A stretch of DNA of 64,000 nt from Azolla caroliniana (Eukaryota; Plantae; Polypodiophyta). Within the stretch, counting starts at the first letter, position 1, and each line of letters begins with the position of its first letter. A model generated the notes under the pieces. The model was not told where the DNA came from and made no database searches. It saw nothing but the letters and a program-made list of their open reading frames with translations. Of this stretch, positions 13,601-29,264 are shown piece after piece. Where the stretch lies: contig JBHGNT010000035.1 in NCBI GenBank assembly GCA_043228905.1, positions 124,001 to 188,000 on the forward strand. Reading direction: 5' to 3'. Position numbers and translations under genes: made by a program.

Positions 13601-16600
13601 TCTCTCGACCTGGGTTTCAAAATCTTTATTTTTTAATTCCATATCATAGAAAGCTTTGTTAGCTTCGATTCGCATGTTCGAATACTGAAATCCAATATCA
13701 CATGAGCCAGGTATGAACATTTTAATTTACCTACTTACTCTTGTCAACTCCCGCCTCAAATTTGCTAATTTCTTCATGTCTCTCGACCTGAGTTTCAAAA
13801 TCTTGATTTTTTAATTCCGTATCATAGAAAGCGTTGTTAGCTTCGATTCGCATGTTTGAACACTGAAATCCAATATCACACGAGCCAGGTATGAACATTT
13901 CATTTACCTACTTGCTCTTGTCCACTCCCGCCTCAAAATTGCTAATTTCATCATGTCTCTCGATCTGAGTTTTAAAATCTTTATTTTTTAATTCCATATC
14001 ATAGAAAGCTTTGTTAGCTTCGATTCGCATGTTCGAATACTGAAATCCAATATCACATGAGCCAGGTATGAACATTTTAATTTACATACTTACTCTTGTC
14101 AACTCCCGCCTCAAATTTGCTAATTTCTTCATGTCTCTCGACCTGAATTTTAAAATCTTAATTTTTTAATTACATATCATAACAAGCGTTGTTAGCTTCG
14201 ATTCGCATGTTTCACCACAGAAATCCGATATCACACGACCGAGGTATGAACATTTTAATTTACATACTTACTCTTGTCAACTCCCGCCTCAAATTTGCTA
14301 ATTTCTTCATGTCTCTCGACCTGAGTTTTAAAATCTTAATTTTTTAATTCCATATCATAGCAAGCGTTCTTAGCTTCGCTTCGCATGTTTTAACACAGGA
14401 ATCCAATACCAAAAGAGCCAGATATGAACATTTTAATTTACTAACGCGTTGTTCTAAACTCCCTCCTCAAATTTGCTAATTTCTTCATGTCTCTCGACCT
14501 AAGTTTTAAAATCTTGATTTTTTAATTCCATATTAGAGCTAGCGTTGTTAGCTTCGATTCGCATGTTTGAACACAAAAATCCGATATCATACGAGCCAGG
14601 TATGAACATTTTAATTTACCTACTTGCTCTTGTCAACTCCCGCCTCAAATTTGCTAATTTCTTCATGTCTCTCGACCTGAGTTTCAAAACCTTGATTTTT
14701 TAATTCCATATCATAGCAAGCGTTCTTAGCTTGGATTCGCATGTTTCACCACAGAAATCCAATATCACACGACCGAGGTATGAACATTTTAATTTACATA
14801 TTTACTCTTGTCAACTCCCGCCTCAAATTTGCTAATTTCTTCATGTCTCTCAACCTGAGTTTCAAAATCTTGATTTTTTAATTCCATATCATAGCAAGCG
14901 TTGTTAGCTTCGATTCGCAAGTTTGAACACAAAAATCCGATATCACACGAGCCAAATATGAACATTTTAATTTACCTACTTGCTCTTGTCAACTCCCGCC
15001 TCAAATTTGCTAATTTCTTCATGTCTCTCGACGTGAGTTTCAAAATCTTGATTTTTTAATTCCATATCATAGCAAGCATTCTTAGCTTCGCTTCGCATGT
15101 TTGAACACTGAAATCCAATATCACACGACCCAGGTATGAACATTTTAATTTACCTACTTGGTCTTGTCAACTCCCGCCTCAAATTTGCTAATTTCTTCAT
15201 GTTTCTCGACTTGAGTTTCAAAATCTTGGTTTGTTAATTCCATATTAGAGCTAGCGTTGTTAGCTTCGATTCGCATGTTTGAACACAGAAATGCGATATC
15301 ACACGACGGAGGTATGAAGATTTTAATTTACTAACGCGCTCTTGTCAACTCCCGCCTCAAATTTGCTAATTTCTTCATGTCTCTCGACCTGAGTTTTAAA
15401 ATCTTAATTTTATAATTACATATCATAACAAGCGTTGTTAGCTTCGATTCGCATGTTTCACCACAGAAATCCGATATCACACGACCGAGGTATGAACATT
15501 TTAATTTACATACTTACTCTTGTCAACTCCCGCCTCAAATTTGCTAATTTCTTCATGTCTCTCGACCTGAGTTTTAAAATCTTAATTTTTTAATTCCATA
15601 TCATAGCAAGCGTTCTTAGCTTCGCTTCGCATGTTTTAACACAGGAATCCAATACCAAAAGAGCCAGATATGAACATTTTAATTTACTAACGCGTTGTTC
15701 TAAACTCCCTCCTCAAATTTGCTAATTTCTTCATGTCTCTCGACCTAAGTTTTAAAATCTTGATTTTTTAATTCCATATTAGAGCTAGCGTTGTTAGCTT
15801 CGATTCGCATGTTTGAACACAAAAATCCGATATCATACGAGCCAGGTATGAACATTTTAATTTACCTACTTGCTCTTGTCAACTCCCGCCTCAAATTTGC
15901 TAATTTCTTCATGTCTCTCCACGTGAGTTTCAAAATCTTGATTTTTTCATTCCGTATTATAGAAAGAGTTGTTAGCTTCGATTCGCATGTTTGAGCACTG
16001 AAATCCAATATCACACGAGCCAGGTATGAACATTTCATTACCTACTTGCTCTTGTCAACTCCCGCCTCAAAATTGCTAATTTCTTCATGTCTCTCGAGAT
16101 GAGTTTCAAAATCTTGATTTTTTAGTTCCGTATCATAACAATTGTTGTTAGCTTCGATTCGCATGTTTGAACACATAAATCCGTTACCACACGAGCAAAA
16201 TATGAACATTTTAATTTACTAACGCGTTGTTCTAAACTCCCTCCTCAAATTTGCTAATTTCTTCATGTGTCTCGACCTGGGTTTCAAAATCTTTATTTTT
16301 TAATTCCATATTAGAGCTAGCGTTGTTAGCTTCGATTCGCATGTTTGAACACAAAAATCCGATTTTACACGACCCAGGTATGAACATTTTAATTTACCTA
16401 CTTGGTCTTGTCAACTCCCGCCTCAAATTTGCTAATTTCTTCATGTCTCTCGACCTGAGTTTTAAAATCTTGATTTTTTAATTCCATATCATAGCAAGCG
16501 TTGTTAGCTTCGATTCGCATGTTTGAACACAGAAATGCGATATCACACGACAGAGGTATCAACATTTTAATTTACATACTTACTCTTGTCAACTCCCGCC

Positions 16601-16818
16601 TCAAATTTGCTAATTTCTTCATGTCTCTCGACCTGAGTTTTAAAATCTTAATTTTTTAATTACATATCATAACAAGCGTTGTTAGCTTCGATTCGCATGT
16701 TTCACCACAGAAATCCGATATCACACGACCGAGGTATGAACATTTTAATTTACATACTTACTCTTGTCAACTCCCGCCTCAAATTTGCTAATTTCTTCAT
16801 GTCTCTCGACCTGAGTTT
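7670..16818 (+). repeat. Higher-order duplication, period 4623 bp (26 monomers)
   Basis: Identical variant-specific ORFs at 11168/15791 and 11628/16251 (offset 4623), and matching rare variants such as TTTGAGCACTG and ATGAAGATTT. Boundaries are approximate. Confidence 0.85.
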
Positions 16819-19800
16819 TAAAATCTTAATTTTTTAATTCCATATCATAGCAAGCGTTCTTAGCTTCGCTTCGCATGTTTTAACACAGGAATCCAATACC
16901 AAAAGAGCCAGATATGAACATTTTAATTTACTAACGCGTTGTTCTAAACTCCCTCCTCAAATTTGCTAATTTCTTCATGTCTCTCGACCTAAGTTTTAAA
17001 ATCTTGATTTTTTAATTCCATATTAGAGCTAGCGTTGTTAGCTTCGCTTCGCATGTTTGAACACAAAAATCCGATATCATACGAGCCAGGTATGAACATT
17101 TTAATTTACCTACTTGCTCTTGTCAACTCCCGCCTCAAATTTGCTAATTTCTTCATGTCTCTCGACCTGAGTTTCAAAACCTTGATTCTTTAATTCCATA
17201 TCATAGCAAGCGTTCTTAGCTTGGATTCGCATGTTTCACCACAGAAATCCAATATCACACGACCGAGGTATGAATATTTTAATTTACATATTTACTCTTG
17301 TCAACTCCCGCCTCAAATTTGCTAATTTCTTCATGTCTCTCAACCTGAGTTTCAAAATCTTGATTTTTTAATTCCATATCATAGCAAGCGTTGTTAGCTT
17401 CGATTCGCATGTTTGAACACAGGAATCCAATATCAAAAGAGCCAGATATGAACATTTTAATTTACTAACGCGTTGTTCTAAACTCCCTCCTTAAATTTGC
17501 TAATTTCTTCATGTCTCTCGATCTAAGTTTTAAAATTTTGATTTTTTAATTCCATATGAGAGCTAGCGTTGTTAGCTTCGATTCGCAAGTTTGAACACAA
17601 AAATCCGATATCACACGAGCCAAATATGAACATTTTAATTTACCTACTTGCTCTTGTCAACTCCCGCCTCAAATTTGCTAATTTCTTCATGTCTCTCGAC
17701 GTGAGTTTCAAAATCTTGATTTTTTAATTCCATATCATAGCAAGCATTCTTAGCTTCGCTTCGCATGTTTGAACACTGAAATCCAATATCACACGAGCCA
17801 GGTATGAACATTTTAATTTACCTACTTGCTCTTGTCAACTCCCGCCTCAAATTTGCTAATTTCTTCATGTCTCTCCACATGAGTTTCAAAATCTTGATTT
17901 TTTAATTCCGTATTATAGAAAGAGTTGTTAGCTTCGATTCGCATGTTTGAACACTGAAATCCAATATCACACGAGCCAGGTATGAACATTTCATTACCTA
18001 CTTGCTCTTGTCAACTCCCGCCTCAAAATTGCTAATTTCTTCATGTCTCTCGATCTGAGTTTCAAAATCTTGATTTTTTAGTTCCGTATCATAACAATTG
18101 TTGTTAGCTTCGATTCGCATGTTTGAACACATAAATCCGTTACCACACGAGCAAAATATGAACATTTTAATTTACTAACGCGTTGTTCTAAACTCCCTCC
18201 TCAAATTTGCTAATTTCTTCATGTCTCTCGACCTGGGTTTCAAAATCTTTATTTTTTAATTTCATATCTTAGCTAGCTTTGTTAGCTTCGATTAGCATGT
18301 TTGAACACAAATATCCGATTTTACACGACCCAGGTATGAACATTTTAATTTACCTACTTGCTCTTGTCAACTCCCGCCTCAAATTTGCTAATTTCTTCAT
18401 GTCTCTCGACCTGAGTTTTAAAATCTTTATTTTTTAATTCCATATCATAGAAAGCTTTGTTAGCTTCGATTCGCATGTTCGAATACTGAAATCCAATATC
18501 ACATGAGCCAGGTATGAACATTTTAATTTACATACTTACTCTTGTCAACTCCCGCCTCAAATTTGCTAATTTCTTCATGTCTCTCGACCTGAGTTTTAAA
18601 ATCTTAATTTTTTAATTACATATCATAACAAGCGTTGTTAGCTTCGATTCGCATGTTTCACCACAGAAATCCGATATCACACGACCGAGGTATGAACATT
18701 TTAATTTACATACTTACTCTTGTCAACTCCCGCCTCAAATTTGCTAATTTCTTCATGTCTCTCGACCTGAGTTTTAAAATCTTAATTTTTTAATTCCATA
18801 TCATAGCAAGCGTTCTTAGCTTCGCTTCGCATGTTTTAACACAGGAATCCAATACCAAAAGAGCCAGATATGAACATTTTAATTTACTAACGCGTTGTTC
18901 TAAACTCCCTCCTCAAATTTGCTAATTTCTTCATGTCTCTCGACCTAAGTTTTAAAATCTTGATTTTTTAATTCCATATTAGAGCTAGCGTTGTTAGCTT
19001 CGATTCGCATGTTTGAACACAAAAATCCGATATCATACGAGCCAGGTATGAACATTTTAATTTACCTACTTGCTCTTGTCAACTCCCGCCTCAAATTTGC
19101 TAATTTCTTCATGTCTCTCGACCTGAGTTTCAAAACCTTGATTTTTTAATTCTATATCATAGCAAGCGTTCTTAGCTTGGATTCGCATGTTTCACCACAG
19201 AAATCCAATATCACACGACCGAGGTATGAACATTTTAATTTACATATTTACTCTTGTCAACTACCGCCTCAAATTTGCTAATTTCTTCATGTCTCTCAAC
19301 CTGAGTTTCAAAATCTTGATTTTTTAATTCCATATCATAGCAAGCGTTGTTAGCTTCGATTCGCATGTTTGAACACAGGAATCCAATATCAAAAGAGCCA
19401 GATATGAACATTTTAATTTACTAACGCGTTGTTCTAAACTCCGTCTTTAAATTTGCTAATTTCTTCATGTCTCTCGATCTAAGTTTTAAAATCTTGATTT
19501 TTTAATTCCATATGAGATCTAGCGTTGTTAGCTTCGATTCGCAAGTTTGAACACAAAAATCCGATATCACACGAGCCAAATATGAACATTTTAATTTACC
19601 TACTTGCTCTTGTCAACTCCCGCCTCAAATTTGCTAATTTCTTCATGTCTCTCGACGTGAGTTTCAAAATCTTGATTTTTTAATTCTATATCATAGCAAG
19701 CGTTGTTAGCTTCGATTCGCACGTTTGAACACAGAAATAAAATATCACAGGAGCCAAATATGAACATTTTAATTTACTAACGCGTTGTTCTAAACTCCCT

Positions 19801-22800
19801 CAAATTTGCTAATTTCTTCATGTCTCTCGACCTGCGTTTCAAAATCTTTATTTTTTTATTCCATATGATAGCTAGCTTTGTTAGTTTCGATTCGCATGTT
19901 TGAACACAAAAATCCGATTTTACACGAGCCAGGTATGAACATTTTAATTTACTAACGCGCTCTTGTCAACTCTCGCCTCCAATTTCCTAATTTCTTAATG
20001 TCTCTCGACCTAAGTTTCTAAATCTTGATTTTTTATTTCCATATCATAGCAAGCGTTGTTAGCTTCGATTCGCATGTTTGAACACAGGAATCCAATATCA
20101 GAAGAGCCAGATATGAACATTTTAATTTACTAACGCGTTGTTGTAAACTCCCTCCTCACATTTGCTAATTTCTTTATGTCTCTCGACCTGAGTTTTGAAA
20201 TCTTGATTTTTTAATTCCATATTAGAGCTAGCATTGTTAGGTTCGATTCGCATGTTTGAACACAGAAATCCAATAACACACGAGCCAAATATGAACATTT
20301 TAATTTACCTACTTGCTCTTGTCAACTCCCGCCTCAAATTTGCTAATTTCTTCATGTCTCTCGACCTGAGTTTCAAAACCTTGATTTTTTAATTCCATAT
20401 CATAGCAAGCGTTCTTAGCTTGGATTCGCATGTTTCACCACAGAAATCCAATATCACACGACCGAGGTATGAACATTTTAATTTACATATTTACTCTTGT
20501 CAACTCCCGCCTTAAATTTGCTAATTTCTTCATGTCTCTCAACCTGAGTTTCAAAATCTTGATTTTTTAATTCCATAACATAGCAAGCGTTGTTAGCTTC
20601 GATTCGCATGTTTGAACACAGGAATCCAATATCAAAAGAGCCAGATATGAACATTTTAATTTACTAACGCGTTGTTCTAAACTCCCTCCTTAAATTTGCT
20701 AATTTCTTCATGTCTCTCGATCTAAGTTTTAAAATCTTGATTTTTTAATTCCATATGAGAGCTAGCGTTGTTAGCTTCGATTCGCAAGTTTGAACACAAA
20801 AATCCGATATCACACGAGCCAAATATGAACATTTTAATTTACCTACTTGCTCTTGTCAACTCCCGCCTCAAATTTGCTAATTTCTTCATGTCTCTCGACG
20901 TGAGTTTCAAAATCTTGATTTTTTAATTCCATATCATAGCAAGCGTTGTTAGCTTCGATTCGCATGTTTGAACACAGGAATCCAATATCAAAAGAGCCAG
21001 ATATGAACATTTTAATTTACTAACGCGTTGTTCTAAACTCCCTCCTTAAATTTGCTAATTTCTTCATCTCTCTCGATCTAAGTTTTAAAATTTTGATTTT
21101 TTAATTCCATATGAGAGCTAGCGTTGTTAGCTTCGCTTCGCATGTTTGAACACTGAAATCCAATATCACACGAGCCAGGTATGAACATTTTAATTTACCT
21201 ACTTGCTCTTGTCAACTCCCGCCTCAAATTTGCTAATTTCTTCATGTCTCTCCACATGAGTTTCAAAATCTTGATTTTTTAATTCCGTATTATAGAAAGA
21301 GTTGTTAGCTTCGATTCGCATGTTTGAACACTGAAATCCAATATCACACGAGCCAGGTATGAACATTTCATTACCTACTTGCTCTTGTCAACTCCCGCCT
21401 CAAAATTGCTAATTTCTTCATGTCTCTCGATCTGAGTTTCAAAATCTTGACTTTTTAGTTCCGTATCATAACAATTGTTGTTAGCTTCGATTCGCATGTT
21501 TGAACACATAAATCCGTTACCACACGAGCAAAATATGAACATTTTAATTTACTAACGCGTTGTTCTAAACTCCCTCCTCAAATTTGCTAATTTCTTCATG
21601 TCTCTCGACCTGGGTTTCAAAATCTTTATTTTTTAATTCCATATCTTAGCTAGCTTTGTTAGCTTCGATTCGCATGTTTGAACACAAAAATCCGATTTTA
21701 CACGACCCAGGTATGAACATTTTAATTTACCTACTTGGTCTTGTCAACTCCCGCCTCAAATTTGCTAATTTCTTCATGTTTCTCGACTTGAGTTTCAAAA
21801 TCTTGGTTTTTTAATTCCATATTAGAGCTAGCGTTGTTAGCTTCGATTCGCATGTTTGAACACAGAAATGCGATATCACACGACGGAGGTATGAACATTT
21901 TAATTTACATACTTACTCTTGTCAACTCCCGCCTCAAATTTGCTAATTTCTTCATGTCTCTCGACCTGAATTTTAAAATCTTAATTTTTTAATTACATAT
22001 CATAACAAGCGTTGTTAGCTTCGATTCGCATGTTTCACCACAGAAATCCGATATCACACGACCGAGGTATGAACATTTTAATTTACATACTTACTCTTGT
22101 CAACTCCCGCCTCAAATTTGCTAATTTCTTCATGTCTCTCGACCTGAGTTTTAAAATCTTAATTTTTTAATTCCATATCATAGCAAGCGTTCTTAGCTTC
22201 GCTTCGCATGTTTTAACATAGGAATCCAATACCAAAAGAGCCAGATATGAACATTTTAATTTACTAACGCGTTGTTCTAAACTCCCTCCTCAAATTTGCT
22301 AATTTCTTCATGTCTCTCGACCTAAGTTTTAAAATCTTGATTTTTTAATTCCATATTAGAGCTAGCGTTGTTAGCTTCGATTCGCATGTTTGAACACAAA
22401 AATCCGATATCATACGAGCCAGGTATGAACATTTTAATTTACCTACTTGCTCTTGTCAACTCCCGCCTCAAATTTGCTAATTTCTTCATGTCTCTCGACC
22501 TGAGTTTCAAAACCTTGATTTTTTAATTCCATATCATAGCAAGCGTTCTTAGCTTGGATTTGCATGTTTCACCACAGAAATCCAATATCACACGACCGAG
22601 GTATGAACATTTTAATTTACATATTTACTCTTGCCAACTCCCGCCTCAAATTTGCTAATTTCTTCATGTCTCTCAACCTGAGTTTCAAAATCTTGATTTT
22701 TTAATTCCATATCATAGCAAGCGTTGTTAGCTTCGATTCGCAAGTTTGAACACAAAAATCCGATATCACACGAGCCAAATATGAACATTTTAATTTACCT

Positions 22801-25800
22801 ACTTGCTCTTGTCAACTCCCGCCTCAAATTTGCTAATTTCTTCATGTCTCTCGACGTGAGTTTCAAAATCTTGATTTTTTAATTCCATATCATAGCAAGC
22901 ATTCTTAGCTTCGCTTCGCATGTTTGAACACTGAAATCCAATATCACACGACCCAGGTATGAACATTTTAATTTACCTACTTGGTCTTGTCAACTCCCGC
23001 CTCAAATTTGCTAATTTCTTCATGTTTCTCGACTTGAGTTTCAAAATCTTGGTTTGTTAATTCCATATTAGAGCTAGCGTTGTTAGCTTCGATTCGCATG
23101 TTTGAACACAGAAATGCGATATCACACGACGGAGGTATGAACATTTTAATTTACATACTTACTCTTGTCAACTCCCGCCTCAAATTTGCTAATTTCTTCA
23201 TGTCTCTCGACCTGAGTTTTAAAATCTTAATTTTATAATTACATATCATAACAAGCGTTGTTAGCTTCGATTCGCATGTTTCACCACAGAAATCCGATAT
23301 CACACGACCGAGGTATGAACATTTTAATTTACATACTTACTCTTGTCAACTCCCGCCTCAAATTTGCTAATTTCTTCATGTCTCTCGACCTGAGTTTTAA
23401 AATCTTAATTTTTTAATTCCATATCATAGCAAGCGTTCTTAGCTTCGCTTCGCATGTTTTAACACAGGAATCCAATACCAAAAGAGCCAGATATGAACAT
23501 TTTAATTTACTAACGCGTTGTTCTAAACTCCCTCCTCAAATTTGCTAATTTCTTCATGTCTCTCGACCTAAGTTTTAAAATCTTGATTTTTTAATTCCAT
23601 ATTAGAGCTAGCGTTGTTAGCTTCGATTCGCATGTTTGAACACAAAAATCCGATATCATACGAGCCAGGTATGAACATTTTAATTTACCTACTTGCTCTT
23701 GTCAACTCCCGCCTCAAATTTGCTAATTTCTTCATGTCTCTCCACGTGAGTTTCAAAATCTTGATTTTTTCATTCCGTATTATAGAAAGAGTTGTTAGCT
23801 TCGATTCGCATGTTTGAACACTGAAATCCAATATCACACGAGCCAGGTATGAACATTTCATTACCTACTTGCTCTTGTCAACTCCCGCCTCAAAATTGCT
23901 AATTTCTTCATGTCTCTCGAGATGAGTTTCAAAATCTTGATTTTTTAGTTCCGTATCATAACAATTGTTGTTAGCTTCGATTCGCATGTTTGAACACATA
24001 AATCCGTTACCACACGAGCAAAATATGAACATTTTAATTTACTAACGCGTTGTTCTAAACTCCCTCCTCAAATTTGCTAATTTCTTCATGTGTCTCGACC
24101 TGGGTTTCAAAATCTTTATTTTTTAATTCCATATTAGAGCTAGCGTTGTTAGCTTCGATTCGCATGTTTGAACACAAAAATCCGATTTTACACGACCCAG
24201 GTATGAACATTTTAATTTACCTACTTGGTCTTGTCAACTCCCGCCTCAAATTTGCTAATTTCTTCATGTCTCTCGACCTGAGTTTTAAAATCTTGATTTT
24301 TTAATTCCATATCATAGCAAGCGTTGTTAGCTTCGATTCGCATGTTTGAACACAGAAATGCGATATCACACGACAGAGGTATCAACATTTTAATTTACAT
24401 ACTTACTCTTGTCAACTCCCGCCTCAAATTTGCTAATTTCTTCATGTCTCTCGACCTGAGTTTTAAAATCTTAATTTTTTAATTACATATCATAACAAGC
24501 GTTGTTAGCTTCGATTCGCATGTTTCACCACAGAAATCCGATATCACACGACCGAGGTATGAACATTTTAATTTACATACTTACTCTTGTCAACTCCCGC
24601 CTCAAATTTGCTAATTTCTTCATGTCTCTCGACCTGAGTTTTAAAATCTTAATTTTTTAATTCCATATCATAGCAAGCGTTCTTAGCTTCGCTTCGCATG
24701 TTTTAACACAGGAATCCAATACCAAAAGAGCCAGATATGAACATTTTAATTTACTAACGCGTTGTTCTAAACTCCCTCCTCAAATTTGCTAATTTCTTCA
24801 TGTCTCTCGACCTAAGTTTTAAAATCTTGATTTTTTAATTCCATATTAGAGCTAGCGTTGTTAGCTTCAATTCGCATGTTTGAACACAAAAATCCGATAT
24901 CATACGAGCCAGGTATGAACATTTTAATTTACCTACTTGCTCTTGTCAACTCCCGCCTCAAATTTGCTAATTTCTTCATGTCTCTCGACCTGAGTTTCAA
25001 AACCTTGATTTTTTAATTCTATATCATAGCAAGCGTTCTTAGCTTGGATTCGCATGTTTCACCACAGAAATCCAATATCACACGACCGAGGTATGAACAT
25101 TTTAATTTACATATTTACTCTTGTCAACTACCGCCTCAAATTTGCTAATTTCTTCATGTCTCTCAACCTGAGTTTCAAAATCTTGATTTTTTAATTCCAT
25201 ATCATAGCAAGCGTTGTTAGCTTCGATTCGCATGTTTGAACACAGGAATCCAATATCAAAAGAGCCAGATATGAACATTTTAATTTACTAACGCGTTGTT
25301 CTAAACTCCCTCTTTAAATTTGCTAATTTCTTCATGTCTCTCGATCTAAGTTTTAAAATCTTGATTTTTTAATTCCATATGAGATCTAGCGTTGTTAGCT
25401 TCGATTCGCAAGTTTGAACACAAAAATCCGATATCACACGAGCCAAATATGAACATTTTAATTTACCTACTTGCTCTTGTCAACTGCCGCCTCAAATTTG
25501 CTAATTTCTTCATGTCTCTCGACGTGAGTTTCAAAATCTTGATTTTTTAATTCTATATCATAGCAAGCGTTGTTAGCTTCGATTCGCACGTTTGAACACA
25601 GAAATAAAATATCACAGGAGCCAAATATGAACATTTTAATTTACTAACGGGTTGTTCTAAACTCCCTCAAATTTGCTAATTTCTTCATGTCTCTCGACCT
25701 GCGTTTCAAAATCTTTATTTTTTTATTCCATATCATAGCTAGCTTTGTTAGTTTCGATTCGCATGTTTGAACACAAAAATCCGATTTTACACGAGCCAGG

Positions 25801-28800
25801 TATGAACATTTTAATTTACTAACGCGCTCTTGTCAACTCTCGCCTCCAATTTCCTAATTTCTTAATGTCTCTCGACCTAAGTTTCTAAATCTTGATTTTT
25901 TAATTCCATATCATAGCAAGCGTTGTTAGCTTCGATTCGCATGTTTGAACACAGGAATCCAATATCAGAAGAGCCAGATATGAGCATTTTAATTTACTAA
26001 CGCGTTGTTGTAAACTCCCTCCTCACATTTGCTAATTTCTTTATGTCTCTCGACCTGAGTTTTGAAATCTTGATTTTTTAATTCCATATTAGAGCTAGCA
26101 TTGTTAGGTTCGATTCGCATGTTTGAACACAGAAATCCAATAACACACGAGCCAAATATGAACATTTTAATTTACCTACTTGCTCTTGTGAACTCCCGCC
26201 TCAAATTTGCTAATTTCTTCATGTCTCTCGACCTGAGTTTCAAAATCTTGATTTTTTAATTCCATATCATAGCAAGCATTCTTAGCTTCGCTTCGCATGT
26301 TTGAACACTGAAATCCAATATCACACGAGCCAGGTCTGAACATTTTAATTTACCTACTTTCTCTTGTCAACTCCCGCCTCAAATTGGCTAGTTTCTTCAT
26401 GTCTCTCGACGTGAGTTTCGAAATCATGATTTTTTAATTCCATATCATAGCAAGCTTTGTTAGCTTCGATTCGCATGTTCGAATACTGAAATCCAATATC
26501 ACATGAGCCAGGGATGAACATTTTAATTTACCTACTTACTCTTGTCAACTCCCGCCTCAAATTTGCTAATTTCTTCATGTCTCTCGACCTGAGTTTCAAA
26601 ATCTTGATTTTTTAATTCCGTATCATAGAAAGCGTTGTTAGCTTCGATTCGCATGTTTGAACACTGAAATTCAATATCACACGAGCCAGGTATGAACATT
26701 TCATTTACCTACTTGCTCTTGTCCACTCCCGCCTCAAAATTGCTAATTTCATCATGTCTCTCGATCTGAGTTTCAAAATCTTGATTTTTTCATTCCGTAT
26801 CATAACAATTGTTGTTAGCTTCGATTTGCATGTTTGAACACATAAATCCGTTACCACACGAGCAAAATATGAACATTTTAATTTACTAACGCGTTGTTCT
26901 AAACTCCCTCCTCAAATTTGCTAATTTCTTCATGTCTCTCGACCTAGGTTTCAAAATCTTGATTTTTTAATTCCATATCTTAGCTAGCTTTGTTAGCTTC
27001 GATTCGCATGTTTGAACACAAAAATCCGATTTTACACGAGCCAGGTATGAACATTTTAATTTACCTACTTCCTCTTGTCAACACCCTCCTCAAATTTGCT
27101 AATTTCTTCATGTCTCTCGACCTGAGTTTCAAAATCTTGATTTTTTAATTCCATATCATAGCAAGCGTTGTTAGCTTCGATTCGCATGTTTCACCACAGA
27201 AATCCGATATCACACGACCGAGGTATGAACATTTTAATTTACATACTTACTCTTGTCAACTCCCGCCTCAAATTTGCTAATTTCTTCATGTCTCTCGACC
27301 TGAATAATAAAATATTTATTTTTTAATTCCATATTAGAGCTAGCGTTGTTAGCTTCGATTCGCATGTTTGAACACAGAAATCGGATATCACAGGAGCCAG
27401 ATATGACCATTTCAATTTCCCTACTTACTCTTGTCAACTCCCGCCTCAAATTTGCTAATTTCTTCATGTCTCTCGACGTGACTTTGAAAATCTTGATTTT
27501 TTAATTCCATATCATAGCAAGCGTTGTTAGCTTCGATTCCCACGTTTGAACACAGAAATAAAATATCACAGGAGCCAAATATGAACATTTTAATTTACTA
27601 ACGCGTTGTTCTAAACTCCCTCGTCAAATTTGCTAATTTCTTCATGTCTCTCGACCTGAAATTCAAAGTCTTGATTTTTTAATTGCATATCATAGCAAGC
27701 GTTGTTAGCTTTGATTCGCATGTTTGAACACAAAAATCTGATATCAAAAGAGCCAGATATGAACATTTTAATTTACTAACTTGTTGTTCTAAACTCCCTC
27801 TTTAAATTTGCTAATTTCTTCATGTCTCTCGACCTAAGTTTTAAAATCTTGATTTTTTAATTCCATATTAGAGCTAGCGTTGCTAGCTTCGATTCGCAAG
27901 TTTGAACACAAAAATCCGATATCACACGAGCCAGATATGACCATTTCAATTTACCTACTTGCTCTTGTCAACTCCCTCCTCACATTTGCTAATTTCTTCA
28001 TGTCTCTCGACCTGAGTTTCAAAATCTTGATTTTTTAATTCCATATCATAGCAAGCGTTGTTAGCTTCGATTCGCACGTTTGAACACAGAAATAAAATAT
28101 CACAGGAGCCAAATATGAACATTTTAATTTACTAACGCGTTGTTCTAAACTCCCTCCTCAAATTTGCTAATTTCTTCATGTCTCTCGACCTACGTTTCAA
28201 AATCTTGATTTTTTAATTCCATATCTTAGCTAGCTTCGTTAGCTTCGATTCGCATGTTTGAACACAAAAATCCGATTTTACACGAGCCAGGTATGAACAT
28301 TTTAATTTACCTACTTTCTCTTGTCAACTCCCTCCTCAAATTTGCTAATTTCTTCATGTCTCTCGACCTGAGTTTCAAAATCTTGATTTTTTAATTCCAT
28401 ATCATAGCAAGCGTTGTTAGCTTCGATTCGCATGGTTGAACACAGGGATCCAATATCACAGGAGCCCGATAGGAACATTTTAATTTACTAACGCGTTGTT
28501 CTAAACTCCCTCCTCAAATTGGCTAATTTCTTCATGTCTCTCGACCTGAGTTTCAAAATCTTGATTTTTTAATTCCATATGATAGCAAGCGTTCTTAGCT
28601 TGGATTCGCATGTTTCACCACAGAAATCCGATATCACACGACCGAGGTATCAACATTTTAATTTACATACTTACTCTTGTCAACTCCCGCCTCAAATTTG
28701 CTAATTTCTTCATGTCTCTCGACCTGAGTTTCAAAATCTTGATTTTTTAATTGCATATCATAGCAAGCGTTGTTAGTTTTGATTCGCATGTTTGAACACA

Positions 28801-29264
28801 GGAATCCAATATCAAAAGAGCCAGATATGAACATTTTAATTTACTAACTCGTTGTTCTAAACTCCCTCTTTAAATTTGCTAATTTCTTCATGTCTCTCGA
28901 CCTAAGTTTTAAAATCTTGATTTTTTAATTGCATATTAGAGCTAGCGTTGTTAGCTTCAATTCGCAAGTTTGAACACAAAAATCCGATATCACACGAGCC
29001 AAATATGAACATTTTAATTTACCTACTTGCTCTTGTCAACTCCCTCCTCACATTTGCTAATTTCTTCATGTCTCTCGACCTGAGTTTCAAAATCTTGATT
29101 TTTTAATTCCATATCATAGCAAGCGTTGTTAGCTTCGATTCGCACGTTTGAACACAGAAATAAAATATCACAGGAGCCAAATATGAACATTTTAATTTAC
29201 TAACGCGTTGTTCTAAACTCCCTCCTCAAATTTGCTAATTTCTTCATGTCTCTCGACCTGCGTT

